Part shown: piece after piece, positions 20,845 through 31,265 of the stretch
How positions within the stretch are numbered: position 1 is the first letter of the stretch
Layout of the letters: each line of letters begins with the position of its first letter
DNA from: Alphaproteobacteria bacterium
GTDB lineage: Bacteria; Pseudomonadota; Alphaproteobacteria; VGEJ01
Direction: 5' to 3'
Length of the DNA stretch: 64,000 bases
Assembly: GCA_965226045.1 (NCBI GenBank)
Contig: CBDDBU010000020.1
Span: 17,039 to 81,038 of the forward strand
Made by a program: the position numbers and the translations under genes
Notes under the pieces: generated by a model
Databases searched by the model: none
What the model was told of the DNA's origin: nothing
The model's input: only the letters and a program-made list of their open reading frames with translations

Positions 20845-21737
20845 TCAGGCGGGTTTCCGGACCCTCGGATGTTCCACTACTGTTTCCTCATCCATCCGGT
20901 CTAGCGCCCGATCGATCGGCCGATCCTGACTGTGCGTGTAGCGCATGACCATCTCGGTGCTCTCCTGGCCGGAGAACTCCTGAACCGTCTTCACGTCGGC
21001 GCCAGCGGCGACGAGGCGAGTTATCGCAGTGTGCCGCAAGGTGTGCGGGGTCACCAACGCGGGGTCCAATTCGGCACGGACAACGCACCGCCGGAATGCT
21101 TTCACCATGCGATCGGCGTGTCCGGTCGCAGACATGGGGTTGAAAAATATCCAGCCGTCCGGGTCGGCGGCCATCTCCCTCTCGCGTTCCAAGATGACAA
21201 TGATAGGGCGAGTTAGAGGCTGGCCCGCCATTTGCCACCCTTCACCCGAACGCGCAATCGGCGGCGGTACGAATCGAATCGCTCGAAACGAGCCGCCAAC
21301 ATCTCACTGTGACGAAGCGATGTGGCCAGCCCCATCTTGATGAACAACCAGATGTATGGGTTGCTGTCCTGCAATGCTGCGTCGAGCAGCGCGGCGTCCT
21401 CCGCCGGCGAGAGCACGAACATCCTGCGGCTTCGCTCGCGAGGGATTTTCACCGTCGGGAACGGGTGAGTGATCACGCTCTCGGCCGCCAACAGCCGCCC
21501 CATTCGCCTGAACGTGGCGAGCGGGCGATTGACGGTCCCCTCTGCCACACCCCTTTCGCCGCAGTGCCGCTTGTACTTCTCGATGGTGAACCGAGTGATC
21601 TTCTCGGTCCGCATCGATCCGAAGTAGGGAACCAGGTGCAGTCGCAGGTGCTGCTCGCTGTTCTGATAGTCCCTGCCACCTGACTCGCGCAGCATGCTCA
21701 AGTAGAGATCGGCGGCGCCAGCAAACGACAGGTGCAC
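20845..21737 (-). pseudogene. tyrosine integrase, frameshifted (~21225) and 5'-truncated
   Basis: SLRHSE, HTLRH, MRY motifs; GH box reads GQ; directly downstream of the tRNA 3' end. Confidence 0.88.
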
Positions 21738-21839
21738 CTTGCGGCCCCTGGGATTGAGATCATGAATTTGGGTAACTTCTCTGGACGGGTTGTAAACACC
21801 GTATCCAACCTTGTTGCCGTGTCGCCAAGGCGCGGATTG

Positions 21840-23198
21840 TCACAGCAGGAAGAGCACGTAGAGCGCGGCGAGGAGGAGTTGGATCAAGGCGAAGGGAATC
21901 GCCGCCTTGACGAAGTCGGTGAAGGACAATCTCAGCTCGTATTTGTGGATGATGGTGACCGCGACCAGGGTCGAGGCCGAACCGATCGGCGTGATGTTGC
22001 CGCCGAGATTGGCCCCGAAGACGACCGCCCACCAGAAGGGCGAGTCGGGGGCCAAATTCATCCCGCCTAGGATTTTCGCCAGCATCGCCGCGAGCGGGAT
22101 GTTGTCGGTCACCGAGCTCGCCGCCGCCGAGGCGACCATCAGCGCCGCCGGCCCCGCCACGTCGCCGAGCGCCAGGATCGGCTGCAGCAGGTCGCCGATC
22201 AGCTCCAGCACCAGCGCGTGCTCCATCATGTTGATGACGATGAACAGGCAACCGAAGAAGGCGAGCAGATCCCAGTCGATTGCTTGGTAGAAGCGGTCCG
22301 CCGTCGCTTTGTATCGGGTCAGCATGATCGCCGCGAAGGCCAGCGCCACGTAGCCGAGCCCGAGTTCCTTGATGTATGGCGTCACCGAGGCGCTCGCCAT
22401 GGCGGCTATGAAAAGGCCCGTCATCGCTGCCCCGAACCAGAAGAAGCCGCGCGATTCGATCCCGTCGTTCTCGTCCAAGCCGGCGACGAGGCGGCGCGCC
22501 TCCGCCCGCGCCTCCTCGCTCGCCAGCGGCCGGATGTCGAAGAGCCGCACGCCAAGCCAGATCGTCGCAGCTGTCGCCACCACGACATAGGGACTCGCCT
22601 TGACGAAGAATGTGACGAAGCTGATGCCGGCGGCGTTGCCGATGATGATGTTGGGCACCGAGGAGATCAGCGTCAGCAGTCCGCCGACGTTGGTCAGCAG
22701 CGCCTCGATCAGCAGAAAGCCCAGCAGCTTGTCCATCCGCCCGAGCTTGCCGAGCGAGACGCCCGAAAGCGTGCCGACGATGATCATCGCGGTGACGTTG
22801 TTGAGCACGGCCGAGAACACCACCGTCATGACGCCGTAGAAAATCAACAGGCGCAGCGGGTCGCCGCTCGAGAGCTTGGTGAGCTTGATGGCCATCCAGG
22901 TGAACAGGCCGGACTTGCTGGTGACGTCGACGAAGATCGAGGAGCCGAGGATGATCGCGATGACCTCCCAGTCGACGCCCGGAATGTAGACCGGAAGCCG
23001 CACCTTGTGGCCCAGGATCGAGACCGTCTCGGGATGCACCAGCGCGAAGAACGAGGCCAGGAACAACGCCACCACAGCGAACACGCCGACGATCACCGAC
23101 TTCTTGGCGTGGATTTTCTCCTCGAGCGCGAGGCACAGGATCATCGCCGCCAGCATGACGGTGAAGATCGCGGTGACATGTCCCGGGACGTGGTCCAT
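21840..23198 (-). CDS. ArsB/NhaD/SLC13-type (CitMHS) permease
   Basis: Many TM helices; SAVLNNVTA, NVGGLLTLISSVPN, TDNIP, GANLGGNITPIGSAS. Confidence 0.85.
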   Translation of the reverse strand: MDHVPGHVTAIFTVMLAAMILCLALEEKIHAKKSVIVGVFAVVALFLASFFALVHPETVSILGHKVRLPVYIPGVDWEVIAIILGSSIFVDVTSKSGLFTWMAIKLTKLSSGDPLRLLIFYGVMTVVFSAVLNNVTAMIIVGTLSGVSLGKLGRMDKLLGFLLIEALLTNVGGLLTLISSVPNIIIGNAAGISFVTFFVKASPYVVVATAATIWLGVRLFDIRPLASEEARAEARRLVAGLDENDGIESRGFFWFGAAMTGLFIAAMASASVTPYIKELGLGYVALAFAAIMLTRYKATADRFYQAIDWDLLAFFGCLFIVINMMEHALVLELIGDLLQPILALGDVAGPAALMVASAAASSVTDNIPLAAMLAKILGGMNLAPDSPFWWAVVFGANLGGNITPIGSASTLVAVTIIHKYELRLSFTDFVKAAIPFALIQLLLAALYVLFLL

Positions 23199-23201
23199 GG
23201 C

Positions 23202-24059
23202 TCAGAGCATCAGCAGCGGGATTTGCCTGAGCTCGACCGCCAGCGGATAGGCAAGGCCGTGCATGGCGAGCTGGTCCTCGTCCTTGGCGTACATGACGAG
23301 GAGGTCGACCTCGTGCTCCTCGACCAGCCCCCTGTATTCCTTGATCCGGCGTCCCATGACGACGATCTCCTCGATGGCGATGTCGAGCCCGGCCGCCTCG
23401 ATCACCGCGCGGCAGGAACGGATGTAGTCATGCGGCTCCTTCAGGAGTTGCGCCTTGATGGTCTCGGCGGCCGTCTCGGTGTCGATCATCGAAATCTTCG
23501 AGATGACGTCCATATAGCGCTCGAAATGGGCCGCGCTCTCGACATGGGTCAGCCAGCAGGTTCCGCCCCGGGCGGTGAAGCCGAGCGCATGGTCGACCAG
23601 CCGGGCGTCGCCGACCAGGTGGTCGGTGATCGCCATGACGACGTTGGTGTCCTTGACGCTGTGGGGCAAGTCGCGATCGGCGTCGGGGTGGGGCAAGACC
23701 AGGATCGGCGTCGTCGTCGCCTGGGTCAGGACGTCGAGATGCTCGCCGAGGCTGTAGGGCCAGCGCCAGGCGTTGGAATGGAGATGCCGGTAGGTGACGA
23801 CGAGGTCCGGCCGGTGCTCCTCGACCCGCTCCAGCAGCGCCTGCACGCTGCCGAAGGCGTTGCCGGCGAGCGGCGCCCAGACCGTCTCGTCGCCGTCGAT
23901 TGCGGCGAGGAACCGGCGCGCCGCCTCGGTCAGGAGCGCCGCCTCCACCGCTTCCAGATCGGTCGCCACCAGGACGCGGTCGATCTTCAGGGGCGTGTGG
24001 GTATACGTCTCCTTGGCCGCCGCCCGAAACGTGGATTCGAACTGATCGAGTCGGGTCAT
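23202..24059 (-). CDS. tandem universal-stress-protein-like protein
   Basis: RVLVATDL, PDLVV, PILVLP, EVDLLVM, PLLML pattern of two USP folds; 3 bp from the permease. Confidence 0.65.
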   Translation of the reverse strand: MTRLDQFESTFRAAAKETYTHTPLKIDRVLVATDLEAVEAALLTEAARRFLAAIDGDETVWAPLAGNAFGSVQALLERVEEHRPDLVVTYRHLHSNAWRWPYSLGEHLDVLTQATTTPILVLPHPDADRDLPHSVKDTNVVMAITDHLVGDARLVDHALGFTARGGTCWLTHVESAAHFERYMDVISKISMIDTETAAETIKAQLLKEPHDYIRSCRAVIEAAGLDIAIEEIVVMGRRIKEYRGLVEEHEVDLLVMYAKDEDQLAMHGLAYPLAVELRQIPLLML

Positions 24060-24490
24060 CTCGCACCGCCCTGTTCGCCTCGCCGAGGGTGAGTCGAGAC
24101 CATTCTACGCGCAGTTTCAGTTTGGTGGCACGCACCATGTCTTCAGGGCGCCGCGCACATCGGTCCGCCGCGGCCTCGCCATAAGCCGCCCTAGCAGCCT
24201 TGCTGCTGCTCCCAACGATCCCAACCCATGAGAGCCCTGCTCAAGAAATAGGCCAGGCCACCCTCGGAGACCTGATCGAGCACAACCGAGATCGCATCTC
24301 CGTCAATGCTCATGATCTCTTGGGAGGCTTACGTCGAGGGGTTTCGCGGGAAGGACCGAGTGATCCGGCTAGGTCCTTATGACGAAGCTCTCATCACCGC
24401 CCACTTATGTGCGGAAATGCACAACGGACAGGTCCTGGTCTTCGATGCTCAGGGGTGAGGTGATCGCGGATCTGACTGTGTCGGGTTCAT

Positions 24491-24744
24491 CACGACCGAG
24501 GACTTCAATGGGGATGGGCTCTCATCACCGCGAGCTGATTATCGAACATGGTGCCGGCGATACTGGAATGCGGACTTACTGGGGTCGTGTCCCAGGACGT
24601 GGTGTAGGAGTTGTTGGAGCCTCACGACCGAGGACTTCAATGGGGATGGGGCGAACGAGCTGATTATCGAACATGGTGCCGGCGATACTGGAATGCGGTA
24701 CTGGGGTCGTGTCCCAGGACGTGGTGTAGGAGTTGTTGGAGCCT
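24491..24744 (+). repeat. imperfect tandem duplication (132 + 122 bp) containing the IS256 left end
   Basis: Copies at 24491-24622 and 24623-24744. Each carries a DFNGDG-coding remnant and GTGTCCCAGGACGTGGTGTAGGA. Confidence 0.9.
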
Positions 24745-26136
24745 CGTAGCTGTGGGTACGTAGCGACCGCCGAGAGTCTGGCGTAGGCAAGCCGGCTATC
24801 CACAGCGGAGGCCATCGCGGTTCCGGTTTAGGGTTGGGCTAGTGCGAACCAACCTGACCCGAAGGAGAACCACGATGACCCAGGACATGATGACCCTACG
24901 CGCGCTTTTGGAGAAGAGCTCCGATGCCGATCTGCTTCGCGAGATGATCGGCTTCACGGCCGAGCGGCTGATGGCACTGGAGGTCGAGGGCCTGACCGGC
25001 GCCGCTCACGGCGAGCGCTCGGCGGATCGTATCACCCACCGCAACGGCTACCGCGACCGGTCCTGGGAGACCCGGGCCGGCACGGTCGAGTTGAAGATCC
25101 CGAAGCTGAGGAAGGGGAGCTACTTCCCCGGCTTCCTGGAGCCGCGGCGGATGGCCGAGAAGGCGCTGGCTGCGGTGATCCAGGAGGCCTACATCCAGGG
25201 CGTGTCGACCCGCTCGGTCGACGATCTGGTTCAGGCGATGGGGATGTCGGGCGTCTCCAAGAGCCAGGTCTCCAGGCTGTGCGGCGAGATCGACGATAAG
25301 GTCAACGGCTTCCTCGATCGACCGCTGGAGGGCGACTGGCCCTATCTGTGGCTGGATGCGACTTATGTGAAGGTGCGCCAGACCGGACGCATCGTCTCGG
25401 TCGCGGTGACCGTGGCTGTGGCCGTCAACGACCAAGGCCGGCGTGAGATCCTGGGCATGGCGATCGGCGCGTCGGAGGCCGAGACCTTCTGGACCGAGTT
25501 CCTGCGCTCGCTGGCCCGGCGCGGGCTGCGCGGCGTGAAGCTGGTGATCTCCGACGACCACAAGGGCCTGAAGGCCGCCGCGACCCGGATCCTCGGCGCC
25601 ACCTGGCAAAGATGCCGCGTGCACTTCGCCCGCAACCTGCTGGCCCATGCCGGCCGCCAGGGTCGGCGCGTCGTCTCCGCCTTCGTCGCCACCGCCTTCG
25701 CCCAGGAGGACGCCGACAGCGCGAAGGTCCAGTGGCGTCAGGTCGCCGACCAGCTCAGGCCCAAGGTCCCCAAGCTGGCAGTTCTCATGGACGAAGCCGA
25801 GCACGACGTCCTCGCCTACATGAGCTTCCCCAAGGAGCACCGCCAGAAGTTGCATTCGACCAACCCGATCGAACGGCTCCATGCCGAGGTCAAGCGCCGC
25901 ACCAACGTCGTCGGCATCTTTCCCAACGAAGACGCCATCACACGGCTCGTCGGCGCCATCCTTCTCGAGCAGAACGACGAGTGGGCCGTCTCAAGGAGAT
26001 ACATGACGCTGGAATCAATCGCTCCGCTGGGCGATGGTGTCCCCATCACGCTGCCCACCGTGGCAGCCTGAACGTCCCGGCCCTACCCGCCGGGAGCCGC
26101 GTAGAGCGCAACGCTCTTACACCACCTGCCGGGACA
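24704..26136 (+). mobile_element. IS256-family element A
   Basis: Imperfect IRs GTCCCAGGACGTGGTGTAGGA / TCTTACACCACCTGCCGGGAC. No target duplication seen; ends approximate. Confidence 0.85.
24875..26071 (+). CDS. IS256 (Mutator) transposase
   Basis: [39 protein letters not shown]. Confidence 0.95.
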   Translation: MTQDMMTLRALLEKSSDADLLREMIGFTAERLMALEVEGLTGAAHGERSADRITHRNGYRDRSWETRAGTVELKIPKLRKGSYFPGFLEPRRMAEKALAAVIQEAYIQGVSTRSVDDLVQAMGMSGVSKSQVSRLCGEIDDKVNGFLDRPLEGDWPYLWLDATYVKVRQTGRIVSVAVTVAVAVNDQGRREILGMAIGASEAETFWTEFLRSLARRGLRGVKLVISDDHKGLKAAATRILGATWQRCRVHFARNLLAHAGRQGRRVVSAFVATAFAQEDADSAKVQWRQVADQLRPKVPKLAVLMDEAEHDVLAYMSFPKEHRQKLHSTNPIERLHAEVKRRTNVVGIFPNEDAITRLVGAILLEQNDEWAVSRRYMTLESIAPLGDGVPITLPTVAA

Positions 26137-26509
26137 ATTATCTTTCATTACGGTCGAGAGTTCCGAGCCTGGACCCTTTACCTCTGCCGTCCAAACAGCA
26201 TCTAACGGGAGCCTTATCTCAATAATTTTGGGGATACCATAAACCGTTTTGAATTTTCTGGTGGTCCTTTGGTCCTTGAATTTATCTATGGTGCAGAAGC
26301 TGGCAATCCCGAACTCAAGATCCAGATTTGACAGGCTTCTTCGTTGACCATTCTGTGGCGACCGGGAGCTGCGAAGACCGGTTTTGGCTAAACCCGGCCG
26401 TGCCACCTAACCTGCGCTGACGACCGGTTACCCCCCAGGAGCCGACATTCCCGACCTGCCCAGCCGCTCCACGGACCGGCCACAAGCCCCTGACGGCGCG
26501 CCTGCGCGC

Positions 26510-26548
26510 TTGAACACAACCAGTACAATGCGGTATTATGTTACCGCA
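26510..26548 (+). promoter_or_regulatory. promoter TTGAAC-18-TATTAT with overlapping operator palindrome TGCGGTA-N6-TACCGCA
   Basis: Seen directly; RBS AGGAGG at 26552-26557. Confidence 0.55.
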
Positions 26549-26562
26549 CACAGGAGGCGCGG

Positions 26563-26724
26563 ATGGCCGAGGAGATCTTCACCGAGCACGTCCATTTCAC
26601 GGTCCCCGAGGGCTGGCGTGCGGCCATCCACGATCAGGCCCGGCAGGACGGGCAGAAGGCGAGTGAGTGGTTGCGGAGTGCCATTCGGGAGCGCCTGCGT
26701 GAGGACGCCGATGGCCACCCTTGA
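26563..26724 (+). CDS. 53-aa ribbon-helix-helix (CopG-like) protein, absent from the ORF track
   Basis: MAEEIFTEHVHFTVPEGWRAAIHDQARQDGQKASEWLRSAIRERL; strong RBS. Confidence 0.7.
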   Translation: MAEEIFTEHVHFTVPEGWRAAIHDQARQDGQKASEWLRSAIRERLREDADGHP

Positions 26725-27277
26725 CGACCTCTGCCGCACCTTTGCGCTAGCAATGGACCTCGATGCCGCCAAGGTTGGTGGTTGGGCTGACACCCTGGCC
26801 GATGCCGGCAGGGTGACGCATGACAGGGTCACGGAGTCTGACGCGGCGGTGTTGCTGCTAGCCATCCTCAGTTCTGAGCGAGATGGCGACCTGGTGGAGG
26901 CGGCCGATGTCTTCGGCAGTCTCCCTTTGTGCGACGGTCAGCTAACGCTTGGCGCGGGCCTTGAATTGGCCATCAGCGAGTGCCCAGGCGCGGTCCAGCT
27001 GGCGGTTGGCGAAGTGGACACCCTGCCGTTTGATCAGCTTCTCACGGTCGTTGGCTCCCGGCTTGGGCCGGTCCCGCAGGCGCTGATCTTCGCGGCGCGC
27101 GACATCCAAGGCGGTGCATGTGGCCGGATCAGGTTTGTTGGCCCGTCAGTCATCGCCGCGTTGTCCGAGGTTTGCTGTGGGCCAGTCACCAAGCCGCACT
27201 TGCTCACCGAGGCGGCCCTCTCGCCGCTTCTCAATAGGAAAACGTCATCACCGGACAGAGCGCCGCCCCCTCACTAG
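26711..27277 (+). CDS. hypothetical mobile-element protein
   Basis: MATLDDLCRTFA...DAAVLLLAIL; start overlaps the RHH gene. Confidence 0.5.
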   Translation: MATLDDLCRTFALAMDLDAAKVGGWADTLADAGRVTHDRVTESDAAVLLLAILSSERDGDLVEAADVFGSLPLCDGQLTLGAGLELAISECPGAVQLAVGEVDTLPFDQLLTVVGSRLGPVPQALIFAARDIQGGACGRIRFVGPSVIAALSEVCCGPVTKPHLLTEAALSPLLNRKTSSPDRAPPPH

Positions 27278-27304
27278 CAGCTCTGAGCCTGGGCTTGCTG
27301 GCTG

Positions 27305-27667
27305 GTGGCGCCAGAGGGGCACGCTAAGCTGCTCATCACGCTAACCACCCGCTGGCGCATCCGCTCCGACGAGCATCAGTGGATCGTGCAACGGCGGCTG
27401 GGCGGCGAGAAAGGCGGCCGGCGCGACTGGAAGCCGCAGGGCTACTTTAGGACCCTGTCAGGCGCCACCATCTACACCGCCGAGGCGATGATCCGAGCGG
27501 ACGAAAGCCGTCCCGATCTCAGCACCCTCACCGATGTCTACGCCTCCATTAACTGCATGCGGGAGGCCATCGTAGCGGCCGTCAAGGAAGGCCTGGCTGA
27601 GCGCGACACAGCGCGACACAGCGGGGTCGAGCAAGCATCAGGTGAGACGGCCGCCCAGGCAGCCTGA
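27305..27667 (+). CDS. hypothetical phage-like protein
   Basis: WRIRSDEHQWIVQR...WKPQGYFRTL, reminiscent of small phage proteins (DUF5405-like). Confidence 0.45.
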   Translation: MAPEGHAKLLITLTTRWRIRSDEHQWIVQRRLGGEKGGRRDWKPQGYFRTLSGATIYTAEAMIRADESRPDLSTLTDVYASINCMREAIVAAVKEGLAERDTARHSGVEQASGETAAQAA

Positions 27668-27728
27668 TCACGGCTGGGCGGCCTTGGTCAGAAGCGGGAC
27701 CTGCTCTCTCTCAGAGGCCTGATGTCGG

Positions 27729-29178
27729 GGAGATGTCCCGGTCGATGTTGAAAAGTTGAGGTAGGTGTCGCTCTCCTGGAGCCGTTAGGCTCCGGGTGCT
27801 GCAAACCCAAGAGGGAGAACGACACCATGGGAAAGAATATCCGTAGTTCCAGTAGCCCGAAAGCCCTTGCCACCTCGTTTCCTATGCCGCCGCTGGCAGA
27901 CGCGATGGACGCAGTCCGTCTCAGCGTGGATCGGTTCTGTCTCCTGGCCGGGGTCGAGGCCTTGGCCGAGATGATGGAGGAGGACGCCACGACCGTGTGC
28001 GGGGCCCGACATCGTCGCCATGGGAACCGTCGGGGTTATCGCTGGGGCCATACGCAGAGCGAGATCGGCTACCACGGCGGCCGCGTGAAAGTGCAGCGGC
28101 CACGGGTTCGCGACCATGCTGGCAAGGAGGTGGGTTTGGAGAGCTGGCAGGTGCTGCGCGACGGCAACCTGTTGCTCGAGTGGGCGCTCAACCTGATGGT
28201 GCTGAACGTGCCGACCCGCAAGTACCACCGCGCGGTCCGTCTGCCCGAGGGCGACCTGGCGAAAGCGCGTGGCGACGGCACCTCGAAGTCGGCCGTTTCC
28301 CGGCGCTTTGTGGCGCTGTCGCGCAAGAAGATGAAGGCCTGGCTTGCCTCGGACCTCTCGGAGCTCGACCTGCTGGTCATCCAGATCGACGGTCTGCATG
28401 TCGGCGACCATGTCTTGGTGGCGGCGATCGGCGTCGATGGCAACGGCGACAAGCATGTCCTGGCCGTGGTCGAGGGGGCGACGGAGAACACTGTCGTCGT
28501 CCAGGCCTTGCTCGACAATCTCCTCGCCAGGGGGCTCGATCCGACGCTGCCCCGGCTGTTCATCGTCGATGGCGCGAAGGCGCTCAGCAAAGCGATCCGC
28601 AACACCTTCGGTGTGGCCGCCGCCATCCAGCGCTGCCAGGTCCACAAGGGCCGTAACATCATCGAGCGCCTGCCCCTGCATTTGCATGCGAGCGTCAAGA
28701 AGGCGCTCCGTCAGGCCTGGGACCAGGACGACGCAGACAAGGCCGAACGGCTGCTGCGCAACCTGGCCCGGCGTCTGGAGCATGAGGAACCGGGCGTCTC
28801 GGGCAGCATCCTGGAGGGGCTGGACGAGATACTCACCGTCATCCGCCTCGGCCTGCCGCACGAACTCCGGCGCTCGCTCGCCTGCACCAACATCGTCGAG
28901 AACGCGCTCGGCACGGTGCGCCAGGTCACCCGCAACGTCAAACGCTGGAGACACGCCGAGATGGCGCTCAGATGGACCGCCGCCGGCCTGCTGGAGGCCC
29001 AGAAAACCTTCCGTCGCCTCAAGGCCTATCGTCAGCTGCCCATCCTCCGAAATGCTCTCCAGGAACACTTGAGAAAGGCTCAGGCCGACAGTGCCATTGA
29101 AACCATCATGAAGGCAGCATAGCATCATCAACCAGCGACGCCTGCCCCACGAATTTCAACAGAGATAGGGACATCGCC
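27729..29178 (+). mobile_element. IS256-family element B, intact
   Basis: IRs GGAGATGTCCC / GGGACATCGCC; 8-bp target duplication GATGTCGG (27721-27728 and 29179-29186). Confidence 0.93.
27827..29122 (+). CDS. IS256-family transposase
   Basis: IQIDG, IVDGAKAL, IQRCQVHK, CTNIVEN. Confidence 0.93.
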   Translation: MGKNIRSSSSPKALATSFPMPPLADAMDAVRLSVDRFCLLAGVEALAEMMEEDATTVCGARHRRHGNRRGYRWGHTQSEIGYHGGRVKVQRPRVRDHAGKEVGLESWQVLRDGNLLLEWALNLMVLNVPTRKYHRAVRLPEGDLAKARGDGTSKSAVSRRFVALSRKKMKAWLASDLSELDLLVIQIDGLHVGDHVLVAAIGVDGNGDKHVLAVVEGATENTVVVQALLDNLLARGLDPTLPRLFIVDGAKALSKAIRNTFGVAAAIQRCQVHKGRNIIERLPLHLHASVKKALRQAWDQDDADKAERLLRNLARRLEHEEPGVSGSILEGLDEILTVIRLGLPHELRRSLACTNIVENALGTVRQVTRNVKRWRHAEMALRWTAAGLLEAQKTFRRLKAYRQLPILRNALQEHLRKAQADSAIETIMKAA

Positions 29179-29286
29179 GATGTCGGGCTTTAAGCCGGGT
29201 TTGGTGCCTTAGCCACCGTTCGGCAAAGTAACGGCGGCGCTGAAGAGCCGCCGCCTCTGTCAGTCTGGCGTGCTTTCAGCGCCGGG

Positions 29287-29805
29287 TCACACCGGCTCAC
29301 GATAGGGCAGAGCACCGAGATAGTTGCTCTTGCCGATACCGACGCCGTTGTGACGCAGGATTGAGTAAGCCGACGTGACATGGAAATAGAGGTTCGGAAC
29401 CACATGCTGGATCAGGAATTCGTGACCCGAGAGTGTCTTTCCCTTCCATCGCGGCTGCGAAATCCGCTGCTCCGCCGCTGCTGCGAAATCGCCGGGCGAG
29501 AAGCCGTTCAGATAAGCGATAACGCTTTCAATGCGGGCCTTGACCTCGGTCAGAGTCTGCTCGGTATCGGCGTGCACCGGGGCGTCCTTTTCGCTATCGG
29601 TCAGCCGGGCGGCGCCGAGCTTTGCAGTATCGCAGGCGACCTGCACCTGGCGGATAAGGTTGAACTGGTCGGGCGCCAGGCGTGATTGCAGGAGTACGCC
29701 GACATCAAACTTTTTCTCGTCGGCGTACTTTTCGGCTTCATCGAGGATCGACAGAAGATTTCCCAGCATCTTGGTGAACTGGGGAACGACTAAGTCATAG
29801 ATCAT
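29287..29805 (-). CDS. DUF1993-domain protein
   Basis: RLAPDQFNLIRQVQ and PNLYFHVTSAYSILRHNGVGIGKSNYLG. Confidence 0.9.
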   Translation of the reverse strand: MIYDLVVPQFTKMLGNLLSILDEAEKYADEKKFDVGVLLQSRLAPDQFNLIRQVQVACDTAKLGAARLTDSEKDAPVHADTEQTLTEVKARIESVIAYLNGFSPGDFAAAAEQRISQPRWKGKTLSGHEFLIQHVVPNLYFHVTSAYSILRHNGVGIGKSNYLGALPYREPV

Positions 29806-30389
29806 CTATAGAACTCCGGTTGAAACGGGTCTCGGCGCCCCATCCTCCCGCTACGGACTCGGTGCGCTGGGAGGCTAACGGAAACCGTACGATTTTGCCG
29901 CGAAGCGCCAGAAGCGGAATGACAATATTCTGCGCCTGGCGGGTTGAAAGCAATCTCAGGCGGAAAGCCGCTCCAGAATTTTTCAAATATTTTTCTGGGA
30001 AGGCAGTGCGGACGCCGATCGAAGCTGACCGGGACTTACTCCAATGCCGGAGTCCCAAGAAAGACGAGCGAGCCCGCCGGTAGCTGGCCCGATCGGCGAT
30101 GCGCAGGTGCGTCTTGCCACCCGCCTTCCCCATCGGCGCCTCTTCTTCCGCCGCCTCGGCGTGGATCGCGCCCATGACCATACCGAGGCCGATGGCAAGA
30201 CCGACAATGAAAAGCCGCGGCAAAGTTTGCACCGGGAGGCTCCTTGGCTGGTGATGTTCGCGACCGGACTATCCGCCTCCGCCGGAGGGCCGACAAATCA
30301 CAAGCGATCACCGCTGCGAGAGCTGCGCCGCAAGCAGGTATGATGGCGTGCCTAAGATGGGGCTTGGCGCCGACTTGAAGGGAACGGCC

Positions 30390-31256
30390 GTGGCCACGCG
30401 AGTCTATCTCGACTACGACCAGGACGGTTTGGATGCGCAATACAACAACCGTGTGCGCTTCCCCGAGTACGCCGAGCACTTCGCCAACTGGCGGACCTGG
30501 AGCGATCAGGCGCGCGCGGAAATGACCGCCCATCTCGACGTGCCGTTCGGCGACGATCCGGCCGAGCGGCTGGACATTTTCCCGGCCGCGCGCCGCGACG
30601 CGCCGATCTATATCTTCATCCACGGCGGCTACTGGTACTCGCTCGACAAGGCCTACTACAGCTACGTCGCGCGTGGGATGGCTCCGCACGGCGTGATGAC
30701 GGTGGTGCCGAACCACGGCCTGGCGCCGGCCTATCAGATGGACGAGATCGTGCGCCAAAGCCGCGCCTCGCTCGTCTGGCTGTGGCGTCACGCCGCCGAC
30801 TACGGCGGCGATCGCGAGCGCATCTACATCGCCGGGCATTCCGCCGGCGGCCATCTCGGCATGATGCAGCTGGGCACCGAATGGCCAGAGTTCGACGGCG
30901 AGGTCAGGGGCGATTTGATCAAAGGCGTCTGCACCATCAGCGGCATCTTCGATCTCGAACCCATCCGCCTCTCCTACCTCAATCGAACGCTCATGCTGGA
31001 TGCCGCGGAGGCCGCGCGCAACAGCCCGCTCGGTCTCAATTACCCGCCAAAGACCCCACTCATGATGGTCGTCGGCGACCCCGAGTCGGCAGAATATCGG
31101 CGTCAAAACCACGCCATGGCGGCGCGCTGGCGAGCGCTCGGCTCGCCGCTCGACTGGGTGGCGCCACCGGGCCTCAACCACTTCAACCTCGTCAACCAGC
31201 TGATCGACCCCGAGTCCGACCTCGTGCGCGCCCAGCTCGACGTCTGGGCGCGCTGA
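30390..31256 (+). CDS. alpha/beta hydrolase, arylformamidase-like (copy 1)
   Basis: HGGYW, GHSAGGH, SGIFDL, NHF. Confidence 0.88.
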   Translation: MATRVYLDYDQDGLDAQYNNRVRFPEYAEHFANWRTWSDQARAEMTAHLDVPFGDDPAERLDIFPAARRDAPIYIFIHGGYWYSLDKAYYSYVARGMAPHGVMTVVPNHGLAPAYQMDEIVRQSRASLVWLWRHAADYGGDRERIYIAGHSAGGHLGMMQLGTEWPEFDGEVRGDLIKGVCTISGIFDLEPIRLSYLNRTLMLDAAEAARNSPLGLNYPPKTPLMMVVGDPESAEYRRQNHAMAARWRALGSPLDWVAPPGLNHFNLVNQLIDPESDLVRAQLDVWAR

Positions 31257-31265
31257 GAGGGAGCC

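Noticed and set aside
22218-24092. Long antisense ORFs (also 2860-4137, 27785-29131, 30036-31730, 37409-39073, 44044-45495, 59141-60436)
   Set aside because: Shadow ORFs of real genes in high-GC DNA, with no recognisable motifs.
24491-24744. DGR template/variable repeat pair or CRISPR repeats
   Set aside because: Differences are indels rather than adenine-specific changes, there is no reverse transcriptase, and the repeat includes an IS256 end.
29795-30232. 145-aa secreted protein
   Set aside because: Only the first ~40 codons (signal-peptide-like) look coding; probably a truncated remnant and cannot be supported as a gene.
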